Shown here: positions 19,797 through 31,436 of the stretch, piece after piece
Layout of the letters: each line of letters opens with the position of its first letter
Position numbering within the stretch: the stretch's first letter is position 1
NCBI GenBank assembly: GCA_943912255.1
Contig: CALTTP010000001.1
Coordinates: forward strand, 127,356 to 191,355
From: an uncultured Peptoniphilaceae bacterium
GTDB taxonomy: Bacteria; Bacillota; Clostridia; Tissierellales; Peptoniphilaceae
Direction: 5' to 3'
DNA length: 64,000 bases
Program-made: the position numbers and the translations under genes
Notes under the pieces: generated by a model
Database searches by the model: none
What the model saw: only the letters and a program-made list of their open reading frames with translations
Told to the model about the DNA's origin: nothing

Positions 19797-20393
19797 ATGA
19801 TTTTACTTGAAAATAAATATGAATTATTTAAAAAGGTAACCTATGATAAAAAGAAAGCTGAATTAGAGAGTCATTATATTAAGATTGAAGAAAAGCTTGA
19901 AAGGGAATTTCAAGAATATAAAGATAGGAAAGAAAAGGAATTTGACTTACAAGTGGCAAAGGAAAAGAGAAAAGTCACTACTGAAATAAATGAAAAGCTT
20001 CAAGTGGAAGAAAATAAAAGTAAGGAAGAAATCTTAAAGTTTAGGGAGAGAATGATTGAAGATATCCACAAGGATGTCCTAAATCAATATAAGTCCTATG
20101 TTGAAGAAGATGACTACCTATCTAAGTTAAAAGCAGACTTATCGGAGTATTATGACAATGCCAACTATATCATAGGTTTGACAAAGAGGGACGCCAATAG
20201 AATTGGTTTTTCCGAAGATAAAGTAAAAGTTCTCCCAGAAGAGGTCATAGGGGGATATACTCTTGAAAATGTAATTGACAATAGTATCGTGGACAATACC
20301 ATAAGAGAATTTGTAAAAAACAATAGAAAGACCATTGGTCTTGTTATTCAAAACTTTATCAATAAGGTAGGAGGTAAGGTAGATGGAGAATAG
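19797..20393 (+). CDS. ntpE: V-type ATP synthase subunit E
   Basis: 198 aa with an N-terminal charged coiled coil and a C-terminal globular part. It precedes the A subunit. Confidence 0.6.
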   Translation: MILLENKYELFKKVTYDKKKAELESHYIKIEEKLEREFQEYKDRKEKEFDLQVAKEKRKVTTEINEKLQVEENKSKEEILKFRERMIEDIHKDVLNQYKSYVEEDDYLSKLKADLSEYYDNANYIIGLTKRDANRIGFSEDKVKVLPEEVIGGYTLENVIDNSIVDNTIREFVKNNRKTIGLVIQNFINKVGGKVDGE

Positions 20394-22167
20394 AGGTAAG
20401 GTTACATCTATAAATGGTCCAGTTATAACTGCCTCCAATATGTCCAACTTCCAATCCAAAGAAATGGTTTTGGTAGGACCGAAGAAGTTAATTGGTGAAG
20501 TTATCTCCCTTGAAGGAGACATGGGAACCATTCAAGTTTACGAGGACACAGAGGGCTTAAGGGGTCAGGATGATATAATCCACACCAATATGCCTCTATC
20601 TGTTAAGCTTGGTCCTGGGCTTATTGGAAATATGTTTGATGGGATAGAAAGGCCTTTAAAGGTTATAGAAAAGGAATATGGAGAATTTATTCCCGAGGGA
20701 ATAGGTTTAAAGTCCTTAGATGAAGAGAAGCTATGGGATGTGGATATTAAAGTTAAAGTTGGAGACAATATCCATGAGGGAAGTATTGTTGCAACTATTC
20801 AAGAAACTGAATCCATAGTTCATAAAATCTTAGTCCCCCAAGAGATTAGTGGAAAGGTTGTGGAGGTAAAGCCTTCTGGTCAATATGATATTGAAGAAGA
20901 AATCGTCAAAGTCAAAGATGAGTTTGACAATGTTAAGTCTGTTAAATTATATCAAGAATGGCCTATTAAGCTTCCTAGACCAGTCAACAAGAGATTAAAG
21001 GTATCTAAGTTATTAAAAACTGGTCAAAGGATTTTAGATGTCTTCTTCCCTGTGGCAAAGGGAGGGACCGTAGCTATTCCTGGTGGTTTTGGAACGGGAA
21101 AGACCATGACTCAACATCAATTTGCTAGATACTGTGATGCAGATATTATAGTCTATATTGGATGTGGCGAAAGAGGAAATGAAATGACAGAGGTTCTTGA
21201 AGACTTTCCAAAACTTATTGACCCAAATACCGGAAAACCACTAATGGAGAGGACTATCTTAATAGCCAACACTTCAAATATGCCTGTGGCTGCAAGAGAG
21301 GCTTCTATTTATACAGGCATAACCATTGCTGAGTACTTTAGAGATATGGGCTATGATGTGGCTATAATGGCAGACTCTACTTCAAGATGGGCGGAAGCCT
21401 TAAGGGAAATTTCCGGAAGGTTGGAAGAGATGCCAGCAGAAGAGGGATTTCCACCTTATCTTCCTTCGAGAATTGCAGGTTTTTATGAAAGGGCAGGATA
21501 TGCAGAGACCTTGGGAAAAACTAAGGGATCTGTAACTATAATAGGTGCTGTTTCTCCACAAGGGGGAGACTTTTCAGAACCAGTTACTGAAAATACCAAG
21601 AGATATGTAAATGTGTTTTTAGGACTGGACAAGGAACTTGCCTATGCAAGGCATTATCCTGCTATTAATTGGTTAAATTCATATTCAAAATACAGTGAAG
21701 AGTTAAAAGATGACTATATTGATTTAATAGGAAAAGACGTTGTAGCTCTGAGAAATAAAATGATGAGAATTCTATTTGAAGAAGATAAGCTTCAAGAGAT
21801 TGTAATGTTGGTGGGAGAAGATGTTCTTCCTGACGACCAAAGGCTGACTCTATTTGTTGCAAAGATGATAAAGGTAGGTTTTTTACAGCAAAATGCCTTT
21901 AATAGAATAGACGCCTATGTTCCATTATTGAAACAATATAAAATACTGGAAGTTATGGATTTATTTTACAAAGATGGAATGGAAGCTGTAAAAGAGGGAA
22001 TACCCATTTCTGAAATAGCTTCATTGGACCTATATTCTAAAATAGTAGGAATGAAATACAATATTGAAAATGACAATATTGAAGAGATAGAAAAATTAAA
22101 GGAAGAGATTGACAATTTCTTTGAAAATCTCTTAACTAGATATGACGAAGGAGGCTTAAATGATTAA
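20383..22167 (+). CDS. ntpA: V-type ATP synthase catalytic subunit A
   Basis: 594 aa. Walker A GGFGTGKT with the non-homologous insert typical of A subunits. Conserved [10 protein letters not shown] motif. Confidence 0.95.
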   Translation: MENRGKVTSINGPVITASNMSNFQSKEMVLVGPKKLIGEVISLEGDMGTIQVYEDTEGLRGQDDIIHTNMPLSVKLGPGLIGNMFDGIERPLKVIEKEYGEFIPEGIGLKSLDEEKLWDVDIKVKVGDNIHEGSIVATIQETESIVHKILVPQEISGKVVEVKPSGQYDIEEEIVKVKDEFDNVKSVKLYQEWPIKLPRPVNKRLKVSKLLKTGQRILDVFFPVAKGGTVAIPGGFGTGKTMTQHQFARYCDADIIVYIGCGERGNEMTEVLEDFPKLIDPNTGKPLMERTILIANTSNMPVAAREASIYTGITIAEYFRDMGYDVAIMADSTSRWAEALREISGRLEEMPAEEGFPPYLPSRIAGFYERAGYAETLGKTKGSVTIIGAVSPQGGDFSEPVTENTKRYVNVFLGLDKELAYARHYPAINWLNSYSKYSEELKDDYIDLIGKDVVALRNKMMRILFEEDKLQEIVMLVGEDVLPDDQRLTLFVAKMIKVGFLQQNAFNRIDAYVPLLKQYKILEVMDLFYKDGMEAVKEGIPISEIASLDLYSKIVGMKYNIENDNIEEIEKLKEEIDNFFENLLTRYDEGGLND

Positions 22168-23536
22168 GAAATACATTAAAGCTTCAAAAATAGAAAGCTC
22201 CCTAATTGAAATTGAAAATGTAAAGGATATGTTCTTTGGAGAATTGGTTAAGGTGGAATTTCAAAATAAGACTTTTCTAGGTCAAGTTTTAACCATAAAG
22301 GGAGAGACTGCTCAAATTCAGGTATTTGGAGACTTAACGGGGATGTCTTCAGAAAATGCAGAGGTATCTTTTACGGCAAGACCTTTTGAACTTCCCCTTT
22401 CTAAAGATATTTTAGGTAGGAAATTTAATGGTATAGGTGAACCTATTGATGGCTTGGGAGATATCTATTCTGAAAAACTCTACAATATAAACGGTAGACC
22501 AATGAACCCTGTAGCAAGGGTGTACCCAAGGAATTTCATTCAAACGGGTATTTCAACTATCGATTGTTTAACTACTTTAATACGAGGACAGAAACTACCT
22601 ATTTTCTCTGAAAATGGACTAGACCACAATAAACTGGCTTCTCAAATAATTAGACAGGCAAAGGTGGTTTCAGAAGAAGGTAGTGGCGTGGATTTTTCAA
22701 TAGTATTCGCAGCTATAGGAGTTAAACACGATGAAGGCCTTTACTTTGAAAATGAATTCAGAAATTCAGGGGTTTTAGGAAATGTGGTAATGTTTTTAAA
22801 CTATGCTGATGACCCTATAATGGAAAGGCTAATCGTTCCAAAATGCGCCTTAACTGCTGCGGAGTACCTAGCTTTTGAAGAGGATAGACATGTTTTGGTT
22901 CTTATGACGGATATTACATCCTATGGAGAGGCCTTGAGAGAGGTTTCATCTTTAAGGGAAGAGGTTCCTAGTAGAAAGGGATATCCAGGATATATGTACT
23001 CTGATTTGGCAAGTCTCTATGAAAGAGCAGGTATGCTAAAGGGACATAAAGGTTCTTTGACTTTAATACCAATTCTTACCATGCCTAATGGAGATATTAC
23101 CCATCCGATTCCAGACCTTACAGGATATATTACAGAAGGTCAAATAACCTTGGATCCTCAATTGACCTTTAAAGATATCTATCCACCTATCAATGTACTT
23201 CCTTCACTTTCTAGACTTATGAAGGACGGTATTGGGGAAGGATATACTAGGGAAGATCATCAAGATGTGGCAAACCAACTATTTGCTTCCTATTCTAGGG
23301 TACAGGAGGTAAGGGATTTAGCTCAAATCCTAGGAGAAGATGACTTACAGCAGTCGGATAAGAAAATCTTAAAGTTTGGAGTAGCCTTTGAAGAACAATT
23401 TGTAAAGCAAGATCCCTATGAAAATAGGTCTATAATTGAAACGTTAGACTTAGCCTGGGAATTGATGAAGATATTACCAGATGACCAATTGGATAGAATT
23501 GACCCGAAATTAAAAGAGAAATATCTAAAAAGGTGA
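22160..23536 (+). CDS. ntpB: V-type ATP synthase subunit B
   Basis: 458 aa, alpha/beta ATPase fold without a canonical P-loop. Conserved PSLSRLM motif. Confidence 0.95.
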   Translation: MIKKYIKASKIESSLIEIENVKDMFFGELVKVEFQNKTFLGQVLTIKGETAQIQVFGDLTGMSSENAEVSFTARPFELPLSKDILGRKFNGIGEPIDGLGDIYSEKLYNINGRPMNPVARVYPRNFIQTGISTIDCLTTLIRGQKLPIFSENGLDHNKLASQIIRQAKVVSEEGSGVDFSIVFAAIGVKHDEGLYFENEFRNSGVLGNVVMFLNYADDPIMERLIVPKCALTAAEYLAFEEDRHVLVLMTDITSYGEALREVSSLREEVPSRKGYPGYMYSDLASLYERAGMLKGHKGSLTLIPILTMPNGDITHPIPDLTGYITEGQITLDPQLTFKDIYPPINVLPSLSRLMKDGIGEGYTREDHQDVANQLFASYSRVQEVRDLAQILGEDDLQQSDKKILKFGVAFEEQFVKQDPYENRSIIETLDLAWELMKILPDDQLDRIDPKLKEKYLKR

Positions 23537-23541
23537 TATAG

Positions 23542-24159
23542 ATGGCAAATAAAAACATGGCATATACTAAGGGGAATTTAATAAAGTTAAAAAAATCTCT
23601 GGTTTTTGCCAAAAAGGGATTCAATCTTTTAGATAGGAAAAGGGTGGTTTTAATCCGAGAGATGATGTCTCTAGTGGATAGAGCTAAAGAGTTGGAAAAT
23701 AGAATTGGAGATGAGTTTTCCAAAGCCTATAGACTTTTAAATCAAATGAATCTAATATTAGGCAAGGAAAATCTAGACAATATCACCGATGCTATACCAA
23801 GAGAAAAAGACTATGAAATCTTATATAGATCGGTTATGGGAGCAACAGTTCCCAATATTATAGTCAAAAAAGATGAGTCTACTCCTTTAACCTTTGGTAT
23901 TCACGATACAAATGCTGGTTTTGATAGATTGATTATGGAGTTTAAAAATATTAGAATACTAATCTATGAGCTTACAGAAATAGAAAATGCTGTATTTAAC
24001 TTGGCTTCTGAAATAAATAAGACGCAAAAGAGAGCCAATGCACTAGAAAAGATACAAATACCAAAACTTGAAAAAGATATTAAGAAGATAGAAGAAATAC
24101 TGGAAGGTAAGGAGATAGAGGAGTTTTTTAGACTCAAAAAAGTTAAATCTAAAAAATAG
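23542..24159 (+). CDS. ntpD: V-type ATP synthase subunit D (central stalk)
   Basis: 205 aa with a coiled-coil pattern. The N-terminus (KGNLIKLKKSLVFAKKGFNLLDRKR) is typical of subunit D. Confidence 0.85.
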   Translation: MANKNMAYTKGNLIKLKKSLVFAKKGFNLLDRKRVVLIREMMSLVDRAKELENRIGDEFSKAYRLLNQMNLILGKENLDNITDAIPREKDYEILYRSVMGATVPNIIVKKDESTPLTFGIHDTNAGFDRLIMEFKNIRILIYELTEIENAVFNLASEINKTQKRANALEKIQIPKLEKDIKKIEEILEGKEIEEFFRLKKVKSKK

Positions 24160-24164
24160 TTTAA

Positions 24165-24200
24165 GTAGAGCATTCATCACGACTGCTCTACTATTTTATT
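24165..24200 (+). terminator. Rho-independent terminator of the V-ATPase operon
   Basis: gtagagca...tgctctac stem followed by TATTTTATTT. Confidence 0.7.
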
Positions 24201-24244
24201 TGGTTAAACTCTTGGATTTGGTATAATTGGATAAGAGGTGACCT

Positions 24245-24859
24245 ATGGATAATTTTATTTTGCAAATTATTGAAAATTATGGAAATATTGGAGTATTTCT
24301 TTTGATTTTTATTGAGAACCTATTTCCGCCTATTCCATCTGAAGCCATACTTGGAATTGGAGGTTTTTTTATTTCTAAAACCCAATTGAACTTTTTATCG
24401 GTTTTAATATCTGCCACCTTAGGTTCCGTTCTAGGTGCTATTGCCCTTTATTATATTGGAAGGTATATAAACAGTCCAAAGATCAGAAATATATTTATAG
24501 GAGAAGGTAAAGTCCTAAGACTTGGAGCGGACAAGTTGACTAAGATTAAAAAAATATATGTAAAACATCAAAAGATTTCCGTGTTTTTATTTAGGATGGT
24601 TCCCATATTTCGATCTATTATCTCCATACCAGCAGGGATGTTTAGAATGAATCTTTTTGAATTTATATTTCTTACAAGTTTAGGCTCTTTAATTTGGAAT
24701 GCTTTAATTATCTATGCTGGAATGTACTTAGGGGATAATTGGGCAGTTATCGAAAAGATAATGAAGAACTATACTTTTTTAATTGTAGCATTGGTTATAA
24801 TTTTAGGGGTTATTTACATCCTTAAAAGAAATAGAAAAAAGGACGATAATATAGTTTAG
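24245..24859 (+). CDS. DedA-family membrane protein (TVP38/SNARE-associated)
   Basis: DedA signature (FIENLFPPIPSEAILGIGGF). Multi-TM, 204 aa. Confidence 0.8.
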   Translation: MDNFILQIIENYGNIGVFLLIFIENLFPPIPSEAILGIGGFFISKTQLNFLSVLISATLGSVLGAIALYYIGRYINSPKIRNIFIGEGKVLRLGADKLTKIKKIYVKHQKISVFLFRMVPIFRSIISIPAGMFRMNLFEFIFLTSLGSLIWNALIIYAGMYLGDNWAVIEKIMKNYTFLIVALVIILGVIYILKRNRKKDDNIV

Positions 24860-25141
24860 TTAACATTAGAACTTAAATTTATAGATGAAGATGAGAAAAA
24901 ATTAAAAAAATGTCGGAAAATTTTTTTACGTATATTTTAGACAAAGACAAAAAGTTAACAAAATTTAAAATTTAGAAGTTATTTTGTCAAAGGGCCCGAT
25001 CTTGTAATTATGGGAATGGATAGACTTTTATACTTTAAATGTATATAGTTTTTTAACAGTCATAAAATTATATATTTTTCCGGTGCTACGCTTTAAATTA
25101 ACATATCTAATTGCCTATTTATTAATTAATGCATTACACAG

Positions 25142-25169
25142 TTGAAATGGTTTAATATTATGTTATAAT
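25142..25169 (+). promoter_or_regulatory. Sigma-A type promoter of the opp operon
   Basis: TTGAAA -35, 16-nt spacer, TATAAT -10. This places a roughly 150-nt leader in front of oppA1. Confidence 0.5.
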
Positions 25170-25201
25170 TATCATAAGTTCTACAGAACATGAGGAGACA
25201 A

Positions 25202-25267
25202 GGTTTTGAGAGAATGTTTTATATTTACCCTAAATTTAAATCGTTTTCTCTTGGAACCTGGTTTTTT
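25202..25267 (+). promoter_or_regulatory. Terminator-like hairpin in the opp leader (possible attenuator)
   Basis: ggttttgagagaa (25202-25214) pairs with ttctcttggaacc (25246-25258) through Watson-Crick and G-U pairs. It is followed by tggTTTTTT and lies about 55 nt upstream of the oppA1 ATG. Confidence 0.3.
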
Positions 25268-25322
25268 AGTGTGCTGTAAAATTTAACAATTCTTATTTAT
25301 ATTCTTAAGGAGGAATAACGTA

Positions 25323-27011
25323 ATGAAGGGAAAGAAGAAAGCTCTTTCACTAGTACTAGCAGGAATGATGTTACTTGTAACTGCTTGTGGTGGTGGGGGC
25401 AACACAGATGGTACAGGCAAGGATGGGAAGCCTGCAGCAGGAAATGGTGGAGATCAAATTTATAACTCTCTACTAGACAACGAACCAACTACACTTGATG
25501 CTCAAAAGGGTTCTGATATATATGGTAATAAAATCATAAACAATATCACTGAACCACTTTTAAGAATGGCTGAAAAGGAAGATGGCTCCAATGAAGTAGT
25601 TCCAGCAGCAGCTGAAAGCTATGAAGTTTCAGAAGATGGTCTTACTTATACTTTTAAGCTTAGAGATGGTATGAAATGGGAAGATGGAGAACCTCTAACA
25701 GCTAAGGACTACGAATATGGAATTAAAAGAGCTGCAGATCCAGCAACAGGTGCAGAAGCTGCATTTTTACTTGCTCCAATCAAGAACTTCAATGCTATTA
25801 ACTCTGGAGAATCTGGTATGGCTCTAGATGAACTTGGAGTTAAGGCAATTGATGAAAAGACTTTAGAAGTTACATTGGAATCACCAGCAGTTTACTTTAT
25901 AACTTTAGTTCCATTTAGAGTAATGTTACCTGCAAGACAAGATCTTGTTGAAAAATTTGGTGAACAATATGGTTCTGAAGCAGATACTGTATTATCCTGT
26001 GGACCTTTCAAGTTAACTGAATGGACTCACAATTCAAGACTTACTCTTGAAAAGAATGATGACTATTGGGATGCGGAAAACGTAGCGCTACAAACTGTTA
26101 ATCTACCAATAATGACTGACACCAACACTATAATGAACTCCTTCCAAGTAGGAGAAGTTGATGCAGTTAGAACTAATATTCCTGAATGGGTTGAAAAATT
26201 CGCAGGAATTGAAAATGTAAAGAGTAAACCAGTTAGTTTACCAGCTGTAGACTATTTAGCTGTAAATCACCAAGACAAACTATTGTCTAATGACAAGATA
26301 AGAGCTGCAATCAATTTAGCTATAGACAGAGAAGGAATAGCTGCTTTGATATCTAAGGACTTCAATCCACCAGCACAAGGTTGGGTACCACAAAGTATTC
26401 AATTAGATGGTGAGGAATTTAGAAAAGAAGCTGGAGATTCTTATAAGGATTTAAAAGAAGCTAATAAAGACGTTAAAGCACTATTTATAGAAGGTATGAA
26501 AGAACTTGGTCTTGGAGAAGACCCTTCAACAGTAGATTTGACAATAATCTATACAAACTCACCAATTGTAAAGAGTACCAATGAGTTCATTCAACAAAAT
26601 CTTAACACTAAATTAGGTGTTAATGTTAAGTTGGAAACTATGGAATGGCCAATTCTTAATGGTAGAGTACAAAAGGGTGACTACCAATTGGCATACCTAG
26701 CTTGGACTGCAGACTACAACGATCCTTCAGCCATGTTATCACTATTTACATCTAATGCTGGAGCGGTAAACACTGGATGGGCTAGTGAAGAGTATGATAA
26801 GCTAATAGCTGATGCAGCTGGCGAAAAGGATTCTGCTAAGGCATTTGATCTTTATAAACAAGCAGATAAGATGTTAGTTGATCAATCAGTAATCGTACCT
26901 TTAATCGGAGCTAGTACAAACTCATACTACTACGACTATGTAAAAGGTGTAACATTTAGTAATTTTACAACAACAGGATTTAAAACAATTGACACTTCAG
27001 CTAGACCTTAG
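25323..27011 (+). CDS. oppA: Oligopeptide ABC transporter substrate-binding lipoprotein (family 5 SBP), paralog 1
   Basis: Lipobox LLVTAC, 562 aa. SBP_bac_5 architecture. Confidence 0.9.
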   Translation: MKGKKKALSLVLAGMMLLVTACGGGGNTDGTGKDGKPAAGNGGDQIYNSLLDNEPTTLDAQKGSDIYGNKIINNITEPLLRMAEKEDGSNEVVPAAAESYEVSEDGLTYTFKLRDGMKWEDGEPLTAKDYEYGIKRAADPATGAEAAFLLAPIKNFNAINSGESGMALDELGVKAIDEKTLEVTLESPAVYFITLVPFRVMLPARQDLVEKFGEQYGSEADTVLSCGPFKLTEWTHNSRLTLEKNDDYWDAENVALQTVNLPIMTDTNTIMNSFQVGEVDAVRTNIPEWVEKFAGIENVKSKPVSLPAVDYLAVNHQDKLLSNDKIRAAINLAIDREGIAALISKDFNPPAQGWVPQSIQLDGEEFRKEAGDSYKDLKEANKDVKALFIEGMKELGLGEDPSTVDLTIIYTNSPIVKSTNEFIQQNLNTKLGVNVKLETMEWPILNGRVQKGDYQLAYLAWTADYNDPSAMLSLFTSNAGAVNTGWASEEYDKLIADAAGEKDSAKAFDLYKQADKMLVDQSVIVPLIGASTNSYYYDYVKGVTFSNFTTTGFKTIDTSARP

Positions 27012-27070
27012 TTGAAGAAAAAAATAAATAACTCAGGTGGTGTAAAAGCCACCTGATTTAGGAGGTAAAA

Positions 27071-28003
27071 ATGTTAAAGTATATAGGAAAAAGAGCTCTG
27101 TACATGGTTATAACATTGTTTATAATAACCACAGTGACTTTCTTTTTGATGCATAACATTCAGGGAGACCCTATTTCTGCCATGGGTAAAACATTACCAC
27201 CCCAAACTATAGAAAACTATAGAAGAAAATATGGTCTAGACAAACCTGTACATGAACAATATGCAATCTTTTTGAAAAATGTATTTACTAAAGGTGACTT
27301 AGGTTCATCTATCAAGTATCCTGGTAGAGAGGTTTCTAAGGTAATAAAGGAAACTGCTCCAGTATCAGGTAGAATCGGTGGACAAGCCATGGTTGTTGGA
27401 TTGGTAATCGGTTTAACACTAGGTATTATAGCTGCACTTAATAGGGGTAAATGGCCTGACTACATAGTTAGCGTTATTGCAATTCTAGGTGTAACTATCC
27501 CTGTATTTATCATGGGTTCACTGTTACAGCTATTCTTTGCGGTTAAACTTAAGTGGTTCCCAACTTCCGGATTTAGACCAGGAATGTTCAAATTTACTGT
27601 TCTACCATCTATTGCTATGTGCTTTGGTTCCATTGCCACATATGCTAGGTATATGAGAAGTAATGTTTTGGAAGTTTTAAACGAAGACTATATTCTTACT
27701 GCTCAAGCAAAAGGGGTTTCAAGATTTAATATTATTAGAAAGCATGTTTTAAGAAATGCAATTCTACCTATTATTACAATAATTGGACCACAAATTGTAG
27801 GAATATTTACTGGATCTTTCATCATTGAAAGTATGTTTGGTATTCCGGGACTTGGATTTTACTTTGTAAACGCTATCCAAACTCGTGACTACCCAATGAT
27901 TATCGGTACTACAGTATTTTATGCTGCATTATTCTTAGTAGCACAACTATTAGTTGATATTCTATATACAGTTGCCGATCCAAGAATTAGAGTGGATAAT
28001 TAG
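27071..28003 (+). CDS. oppB: Oligopeptide ABC transporter permease
   Basis: 310 aa, 6 TM, BPD_transp_1 EAA-like loop. Gene order matches oppABCDF. Confidence 0.9.
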   Translation: MLKYIGKRALYMVITLFIITTVTFFLMHNIQGDPISAMGKTLPPQTIENYRRKYGLDKPVHEQYAIFLKNVFTKGDLGSSIKYPGREVSKVIKETAPVSGRIGGQAMVVGLVIGLTLGIIAALNRGKWPDYIVSVIAILGVTIPVFIMGSLLQLFFAVKLKWFPTSGFRPGMFKFTVLPSIAMCFGSIATYARYMRSNVLEVLNEDYILTAQAKGVSRFNIIRKHVLRNAILPIITIIGPQIVGIFTGSFIIESMFGIPGLGFYFVNAIQTRDYPMIIGTTVFYAALFLVAQLLVDILYTVADPRIRVDN

Positions 28004-28012
28004 GAGAGTAAT

Positions 28013-28930
28013 ATGGAAACTATAGATAAAAGTAAATTTAAGAGGATACCTAAGGACAAAGGGGATGCAGAGTTTATTGCTAGACCTGTTGTCACTTATT
28101 GGTCCGATGCCTGGAGAAGATTCAGACAAAATAAGACGGCTATGATTGCATTTATAATTTTAGTAGCCTTGACTATAATGGTTATTATTGGACCTATGAT
28201 TTCAAAGTACAACTTTAAAGATATTGTAGGAACTCCAAATACAAAGCCAAATGGAGAATTTTGGTTTGGTACAGATGAAATAGGAAGAGATGTCTTTACT
28301 AGACTTTGGAAGGGTGGAAGAATCTCCATCTTTATAGGAATTGCTGGTGCTGTAATTGGTACGGTTATTGGATCTCTATATGGAGCCATATCGGCGTATT
28401 TTGGTGGTAGAGTGGACAATATAATGATGAGAATTGTAGAAATTCTTTATTCATTACCATATCTTCTAGTAGTTATCATAGTTAGATTGGCTATGAAATC
28501 TACTGGAATTTCAACTTTGATTATCGCCATGACCATTACAGGATGGTGTGGTCTAGCAAGACTTGTTAGAGGACAGATACTATCCCTTAAACAACAGGAC
28601 TTTATATTAGCTGCAGATGTATTGGGAGTATCTAATAAAAATATAATTTTAAGGCATTTGATTCCAAATACATTAAATGTAATTTTAGTATCAATATCCT
28701 TTGATATACCGGGATATATATTTAGTGAAGCGTTCTTGAGTTATTTAGGACTTGGAGTTGCGCCACCAGAAACCTCTTGGGGAGCAATGGCGGCAGCAGC
28801 ACAACAAAAATTCCAGTTCTATCCTTATCAACTATTCTTCCCGGCACTTACTATAGCATTGACAATGCTATCATTTACACTATTAGGTGATGGTCTAAGG
28901 GACGCATTAGATCCAAACCTTAGAAAGTAG
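28013..28930 (+). CDS. oppC: Oligopeptide ABC transporter permease
   Basis: 305 aa, 6 TM, OppC/DppC-type N-terminus. Confidence 0.9.
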   Translation: METIDKSKFKRIPKDKGDAEFIARPVVTYWSDAWRRFRQNKTAMIAFIILVALTIMVIIGPMISKYNFKDIVGTPNTKPNGEFWFGTDEIGRDVFTRLWKGGRISIFIGIAGAVIGTVIGSLYGAISAYFGGRVDNIMMRIVEILYSLPYLLVVIIVRLAMKSTGISTLIIAMTITGWCGLARLVRGQILSLKQQDFILAADVLGVSNKNIILRHLIPNTLNVILVSISFDIPGYIFSEAFLSYLGLGVAPPETSWGAMAAAAQQKFQFYPYQLFFPALTIALTMLSFTLLGDGLRDALDPNLRK

Positions 28931-28936
28931 GTAACT

Positions 28937-30091
28937 ATGACTGAAAATAAAAGAAATATTGAAAATAGAGAAACTGAAGAAATTCTAGAAGAGAAGTCAC
29001 CGGAATCTACAAATAAAAAGGCCGGTGCCGCTTATGAATCTGAAGAGGAATTACAAGAGGCAATAAGAAGAGAACAAGATGTAACCAATAGACAAAAGGT
29101 TATAGACGTTAAAGATTTACATGTTTCTTTCAACACCTATGCAGGAGAAGTTAAAGCTGTTAGGGGAATTAACTTCGATATCTACGAAGGGGAAACCCTT
29201 GCGATTGTAGGGGAGTCAGGATCTGGTAAAACAGTTGCTGCCAAGGCAATACTACAGATCCTTCCAAAGCAATCTGCTGAAATAAAAGAGGGTTCTTCCA
29301 TTAAGTATTTAGATGAAGAAGTTTTAGAGATGACTAAGAAGAGAGTTAGAGAATATCAAGGTTCTGATGTAGCGATGATCTTCCAAGATCCAATGACATC
29401 CCTTAACCCAACTACTAAAATAGGTAAACAAATTGCTGAGTCCCTTGAACTTCATACAAAGATGTCCAAGGACGAAATTAAGAAGGAAACCATCAGACTT
29501 TTAGAGCTTGTAAATATACCAAATCCTGAAGATAGGGTTCACCAATACCCTCATGAACTTTCTGGGGGTATGAGACAAAGGGTAATGATAGCTATTGCCC
29601 TAGCATGTAATCCAAGGGTTATCTTGGCGGATGAACCAACAACAGCCCTTGATGTAACTATTCAAGCTCAAATAATTGACCTTCTTAGAGAATTAAAAGA
29701 AAAGAAAAACACTGCAACAGTTCTAATAACCCACGACTTAGGGGTTGTTGCCGACTTTGCAGATAGAATACAAGTAATGTATGCAGGAGAAATAATGGAG
29801 ACTGGAACTGTAAGGGAGATCTTTGGAAATGGACAACATCCATATACTTGGGCCCTTCTATTATCTGTTCCAAGACTTGACTCTAAAGATAAAGAAACTC
29901 TATATGCTTTAGGCGGAACTCCACCTGACTTACTATTGGATATTCCTGGATGCCCATTTGCACCAAGATGTGATTATGCTATGGAAATTTGTAAAGAACA
30001 AAAACCACCTGTTCACAAATTCTCCGACACCCATTGTAGTAAGTGCTGGTTACACCACGAATTGGCTCCTGAAGTAGAAAGACCATATTAG
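28937..30091 (+). CDS. oppD: Oligopeptide ABC transporter ATP-binding protein with charged N-terminal extension and C-terminal oligopeptide-domain Cys motifs
   Basis: Walker A GESGSGKT, signature LSGGMRQRV, Walker [12 protein letters not shown]-terminal CPFAPRC...C region. Confidence 0.9.
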   Translation: MTENKRNIENRETEEILEEKSPESTNKKAGAAYESEEELQEAIRREQDVTNRQKVIDVKDLHVSFNTYAGEVKAVRGINFDIYEGETLAIVGESGSGKTVAAKAILQILPKQSAEIKEGSSIKYLDEEVLEMTKKRVREYQGSDVAMIFQDPMTSLNPTTKIGKQIAESLELHTKMSKDEIKKETIRLLELVNIPNPEDRVHQYPHELSGGMRQRVMIAIALACNPRVILADEPTTALDVTIQAQIIDLLRELKEKKNTATVLITHDLGVVADFADRIQVMYAGEIMETGTVREIFGNGQHPYTWALLLSVPRLDSKDKETLYALGGTPPDLLLDIPGCPFAPRCDYAMEICKEQKPPVHKFSDTHCSKCWLHHELAPEVERPY

Positions 30092-30100
30092 AGGTGAACT

Positions 30101-31123
30101 ATGAATAGAGAACAAATTAAAGAAAATAATAGAGAAGTACTTGTAGAGCTAAAAGAGCTGGATAAATTCTTCCCAATAGGAAAGAAGAGGTCCGTTCGAG
30201 CTGTAGAGGATGTAACATTAAAGATATACAAGGGAGAAACCCTTGGACTAGTAGGGGAGTCTGGATGTGGTAAGACTACATGTGGACGTACCGTAATAAA
30301 AGTATATGAACCTACAGATGGTCAAGTACTTTATAAAGGTAAGGATATTACCAAATTTACAAGAGAAGAAGAAAAGTCCTTTAAAAAGAAAGCTCAAATG
30401 ATATTCCAAGACCCTTATGCTTCCTTGGACCCTAAGATGACTGTAGGGGACATCATAGCTGAGGGAATTAGAGTTCACTTTAAAGGGATGAAAGAAAAGG
30501 ACATTCAAGCCAAGGTTACAGAATTGTTGAAGACCGTAGGATTGAACTCTGAACATGGTGCAAGATTCCCTCACGAACTTTCTGGAGGACAAAGACAAAG
30601 AATTGGTATTGCTAGAGCTCTGGCGGTAGAACCGGAGTTTATAGTTTGTGATGAGCCTATTTCAGCTCTAGACGTTAGTATTCAAGCACAAGTAGTAAAC
30701 TTGCTTATAGAATTACAAAACAAAGAGGATTTAACATATCTATTTATATCCCACGACTTATCAATGGTTAAACATATATCCGATAGAATAGGTGTTATGT
30801 ATTTAGGTAGTATGGTTGAGGTTTCACCAAAGGATGATTTATATTATATACCACTTCATCCATATACCCAAGCTTTAATATCAGCTATTCCAATACCGGA
30901 TCCATCAGTAAAGTCCAAGGATAGAATCAAATTGGAAGGAGAAATACCTTCTCCAATCAATGCTCCAAAGGGATGTAAATTTAACACAAGATGTAAATAT
31001 TGCATGGAAATTTGTAAAGAGAAAAGACCGGAACTTGTAGAATTGAGAGACAACCATTTTGTAGCTTGTCATCTATACAATGATGGGTTAGAAGAAGGCT
31101 TAAAAAAGATTTCGGATAAATAG
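30101..31123 (+). CDS. oppF: Oligopeptide ABC transporter ATP-binding protein
   Basis: Walker [10 protein letters not shown], signature [15 protein letters not shown], Walker [11 protein letters not shown]. Confidence 0.9.
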   Translation: MNREQIKENNREVLVELKELDKFFPIGKKRSVRAVEDVTLKIYKGETLGLVGESGCGKTTCGRTVIKVYEPTDGQVLYKGKDITKFTREEEKSFKKKAQMIFQDPYASLDPKMTVGDIIAEGIRVHFKGMKEKDIQAKVTELLKTVGLNSEHGARFPHELSGGQRQRIGIARALAVEPEFIVCDEPISALDVSIQAQVVNLLIELQNKEDLTYLFISHDLSMVKHISDRIGVMYLGSMVEVSPKDDLYYIPLHPYTQALISAIPIPDPSVKSKDRIKLEGEIPSPINAPKGCKFNTRCKYCMEICKEKRPELVELRDNHFVACHLYNDGLEEGLKKISDK

Positions 31124-31131
31124 GAGTTTAA

Positions 31132-31157
31132 GGGTTTAATGGATTTTCCATTAAACC
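31132..31157 (+). terminator. Hairpin after oppF (weak terminator or attenuator)
   Basis: Perfect 11-bp stem gggtttaatgg/ccattaaaccc. The downstream sequence is only weakly T-rich. Confidence 0.4.
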
Positions 31158-31436
31158 CAAACCTAAACTCTTATACTTTTAGATAGAAGATGTTTTAAAA
31201 AGTTGAAATCGAGACATACTTATGTGAAAACAGGAAAATGTTATAACCATATTCGAGGATTTATAATTGTTATAAGCTATTAGGAATTGTATTTCTTCTT
31301 TCGATATGGTATAATTATAGTGAAAAGTAGCTGAACATTGATTTTTTAATGCATATGATTTTGTTGGCAATTATTTTGCATATTTTATAAACGATTTCAT
31401 ATACTGGTCAGCTATATAAAATTTAGGAGGGATTAT

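Noticed and set aside
24905-24925. CodY-box-like sequence (aaatgtcggaaaatt) in the long AT-rich region upstream of the opp promoter.
   Set aside because: Only 12 of 15 positions match AATTTTCWGAAAATT. In a roughly 70% AT genome this is not significant without a genome-wide scan.
31179-31370. 63-aa minus-strand ORF in the oppF-oppA2 intergenic region.
   Set aside because: It has no RBS, is AT-rich and of low complexity, and overlaps the oppA2 promoter region.
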